Below, piece by piece: positions 33,915 through 35,812 of a stretch of 35,812 nucleotides of DNA. The stretch's first letter is position 1. The number at the start of each line of letters is the position of its first letter. This DNA is from a virus (taxonomy: Duplodnaviria; Caudoviricetes). Under the pieces are notes generated by a model, which was not told the origin of the DNA, did no database searches, and saw only the letters and a list, made by a program, of their open reading frames with translations. The position numbers and the translations under genes were made by a program. The DNA lies in IMG/VR virus record IMGVR_UViG_3300049492_000068, positions 1 through 35,812 of that record; one strand, 5' to 3'.

Positions 33915-35378
33915 ATGAAGTCTTTACGATTCATCATTCCTATATGCCTGTCTTTTGCCTGTCAACCAGCTGGCACGACCAGAATTGTCGAGGGTCCAAG
34001 TGTCCCGCAAATTCCAGTCGAACAGCCGCCGCCGGTCGAACCTGGAAAACCTGGGTTCTTGCGGTTCGACGAAATCGAGCAATACGGTGACCGGGATATC
34101 AAAACCCTTAACGCGGCTGATCGCCCAAACACCCGCTATCTGATCGGATGCAATTTCTTGGATCAAGGAATTGAGGACCTTTCTGATCACAAAGCGGGCG
34201 TGAACAAAGGCCTGAACATGATCAGCACCGAAAGGCTGATCACAACCGCCGACACAATCGATGAGGCTGGTTGCATATGGAGGTTCAACCTCGACGATAT
34301 TGGCATGACAACCGAGGAGTGGCAGAAGTTCGAACGTGCGAACGTGTTGCCTTTCATTTCCGAGTCGGTTCGCGGTCGCACGCTAAGGGCTCTCACGAAT
34401 ACCAATCAGCCGATGGTTTATGCCTCAAGCTTTTTTCTGACAGTCATGCAAGCCGATCAGGTATCAATAGGGAACCAGCTTTACTATGACCTGACTGAAC
34501 AGCCTTTGAATGACGCGGAGTTCCTCCAAAAGCTTGGCATAAACCTTCAGCGTGAATTCAACGCCGAGGAACCTGCTTGCGCGGGCGGTGGACGCTCTCA
34601 AATTGCATTGGGCAAGCCAAGGCTCATTTGCATCCTCGACACTACTGCAGACGGGTTTTTGCTGTTCACAAACGATACCAGTTTGGCCAAAAATGACTCG
34701 ATACTCCAAAACCCGTTCCTCAAGGAAATGGCCGCTATCCCTGGTTCGGCCACAAATAAGATTTTCAAATTTGTTGCCAGCGAATGGATTTTTTCGATGC
34801 CCAATGGACTATTGACCGGCTATCGATTGAGCAACGCGGCTGGAATTGCCGAAGTTATCGCGCCCACGAATGTAGTTATCGACATAGAGCAAGCGGGCAA
34901 AGGGCTTCCACCTGATATCACCCTTGGAGCATGTTCAAATTGTCATCACCAGGAAGCAGGAATCCTATTCAAGGACAACGTTTTCGACTCGGTTCGAAAC
35001 AATGGGAACTTCAACACAGCCGAAAAGCAGCTGGCCGAAGTCTTCTATCGGGCTGACAGGTTCCAGGCGAAGCGGACTGTGGCAAACCAAAACCATAGCC
35101 GGGCACTCAAGGAAATAGGCGTGAGCACCTTCAAGGAGGACCCGCTGGTAACGAATATCATTCAACCCTTGCGCGGGGAACTGACAGCCGAGGATGTCGC
35201 CGGGTACTTATTTATGGAGGTCGATGAATTCAAAATAAGGCTGAACGGTACGAACCTTAGCAAGGTTCTATTCGGTTCGCTCATCGACGGCGGCGTTGTT
35301 CCGCTTCAGGATTTTGTTTCCGGCTTTGCCGTTTTACAGGATGAACTTTTGCTCTTTCGGGATGCTGGTCAGTTGTAA
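33915..35378 (+). CDS. large monohaem c-type cytochrome lipoprotein (487 aa)
   Basis: Signal MKSLRFIIPICLSFA-C and a Pro-rich linker. EWIFSMPNGL..Y.L.NAAG.....AP..VV.D followed by CSNCH (34932-34946). Confidence 0.75.
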   Translation: MKSLRFIIPICLSFACQPAGTTRIVEGPSVPQIPVEQPPPVEPGKPGFLRFDEIEQYGDRDIKTLNAADRPNTRYLIGCNFLDQGIEDLSDHKAGVNKGLNMISTERLITTADTIDEAGCIWRFNLDDIGMTTEEWQKFERANVLPFISESVRGRTLRALTNTNQPMVYASSFFLTVMQADQVSIGNQLYYDLTEQPLNDAEFLQKLGINLQREFNAEEPACAGGGRSQIALGKPRLICILDTTADGFLLFTNDTSLAKNDSILQNPFLKEMAAIPGSATNKIFKFVASEWIFSMPNGLLTGYRLSNAAGIAEVIAPTNVVIDIEQAGKGLPPDITLGACSNCHHQEAGILFKDNVFDSVRNNGNFNTAEKQLAEVFYRADRFQAKRTVANQNHSRALKEIGVSTFKEDPLVTNIIQPLRGELTAEDVAGYLFMEVDEFKIRLNGTNLSKVLFGSLIDGGVVPLQDFVSGFAVLQDELLLFRDAGQL

Positions 35379-35410
35379 AAAGCAATTCTAATTGGAAAAT
35401 AGAGGGAGTC

Positions 35411-35731
35411 ATGAAAAAAATTTTGGTAGCGGTTATCATGTTCTTAGCTTTCTCATGTGGCGCTCCTGTGGCTGAGAAAGAACCAGAGCCAGCGCCACAA
35501 CCAAAACCTTCGCCTTCCCCGTCGCCCGGTGGAAAGACTTCCTTTGCAGAGGCACAGGCGATCATGCAAACATATTGCTCGGAGTGCCATGCAGCGGCTG
35601 GCTTTACCAAATCAGAGGCAGGGCTTAAGGCAAGCAGTGCCAAAGCCAGAGTTCAAAACTCGACAATGCCTCCCCCATATGCGGAGCAAATGAGTCCGGC
35701 TGACAAGGGTGAGTTTTTAGGTTTTTTTTGA
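35411..35731 (+). CDS. small monohaem cytochrome c lipoprotein
   Basis: MKKILVAVIMFLAFS-C lipobox, Pro-rich tether, CSECH (35576-35590), distal MPP as likely Met axial ligand. GGGAG RBS. Confidence 0.85.
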   Translation: MKKILVAVIMFLAFSCGAPVAEKEPEPAPQPKPSPSPSPGGKTSFAEAQAIMQTYCSECHAAAGFTKSEAGLKASSAKARVQNSTMPPPYAEQMSPADKGEFLGFF

Positions 35732-35812
35732 AAATAGAGTAAAGCCTATGAGTACAAAATTCCTTGATACCAAAGACTATGTTCCAGGGCAGCTTCCACT
35801 TCGTAGGTCCAT
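35686..35812. repeat. second copy of the 127-bp terminal overlap
   Basis: Identical to 1-127. Confidence 0.95.

Noticed and set aside
35717-35731. T8 tract at the end of the small cytochrome gene as a phase-variation switch
   Set aside because: It lies in the last codons, after the haem motif and Met ligand, so slippage would change little. Both assembled copies are identical.
35686-35812. 127-bp repeat as a biological direct terminal repeat or att site
   Set aside because: The length equals a standard assembler k-mer and it cuts through coding sequence; it is best explained as a circularisation overlap.

Overview
The window is a complete, circularly assembled 35,685-bp tailed dsDNA phage genome; bases 1-127 are repeated exactly at 35686-35812. 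A siphovirus morphotype is inferred from a tail tube, a frameshifted tail chaperone, a tape measure protein and no recognisable sheath gene. The main + strand late operon (about 13.0-33.8 kb) encodes a ParB-like/DNA methyltransferase fusion, terminase, portal, scaffold, capsid, neck, tail and two mosaic fibres. The early region carries RecT-like and Gp157-like recombination genes, small HTH/RHH regulators, and a winged-helix Rep-like gene next to paired palindromes and a structured non-coding region. I saw no integrase, DNA polymerase, primase or helicase. The standout feature is a four-gene envelope haem/redox cargo wrapped around the lysis cassette across the assembly junction: two monohaem c-type cytochrome lipoproteins (CSNCH, CSECH), a secreted YceI protein, and a Cyc2-like cytochrome-porin fusion (CVTCH plus a predicted beta-barrel). 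Other notable features are a second, reverse-strand cassette of virion-like genes with a T4-style RBS-occluding hairpin, a bistable RNA switch at the capsid RBS, and a sigma28-like early promoter. A Bdellovibrionota/Oligoflexia-like or Myxococcota-like host is only an inference. All calls come from reading the sequence; no database searches were run.
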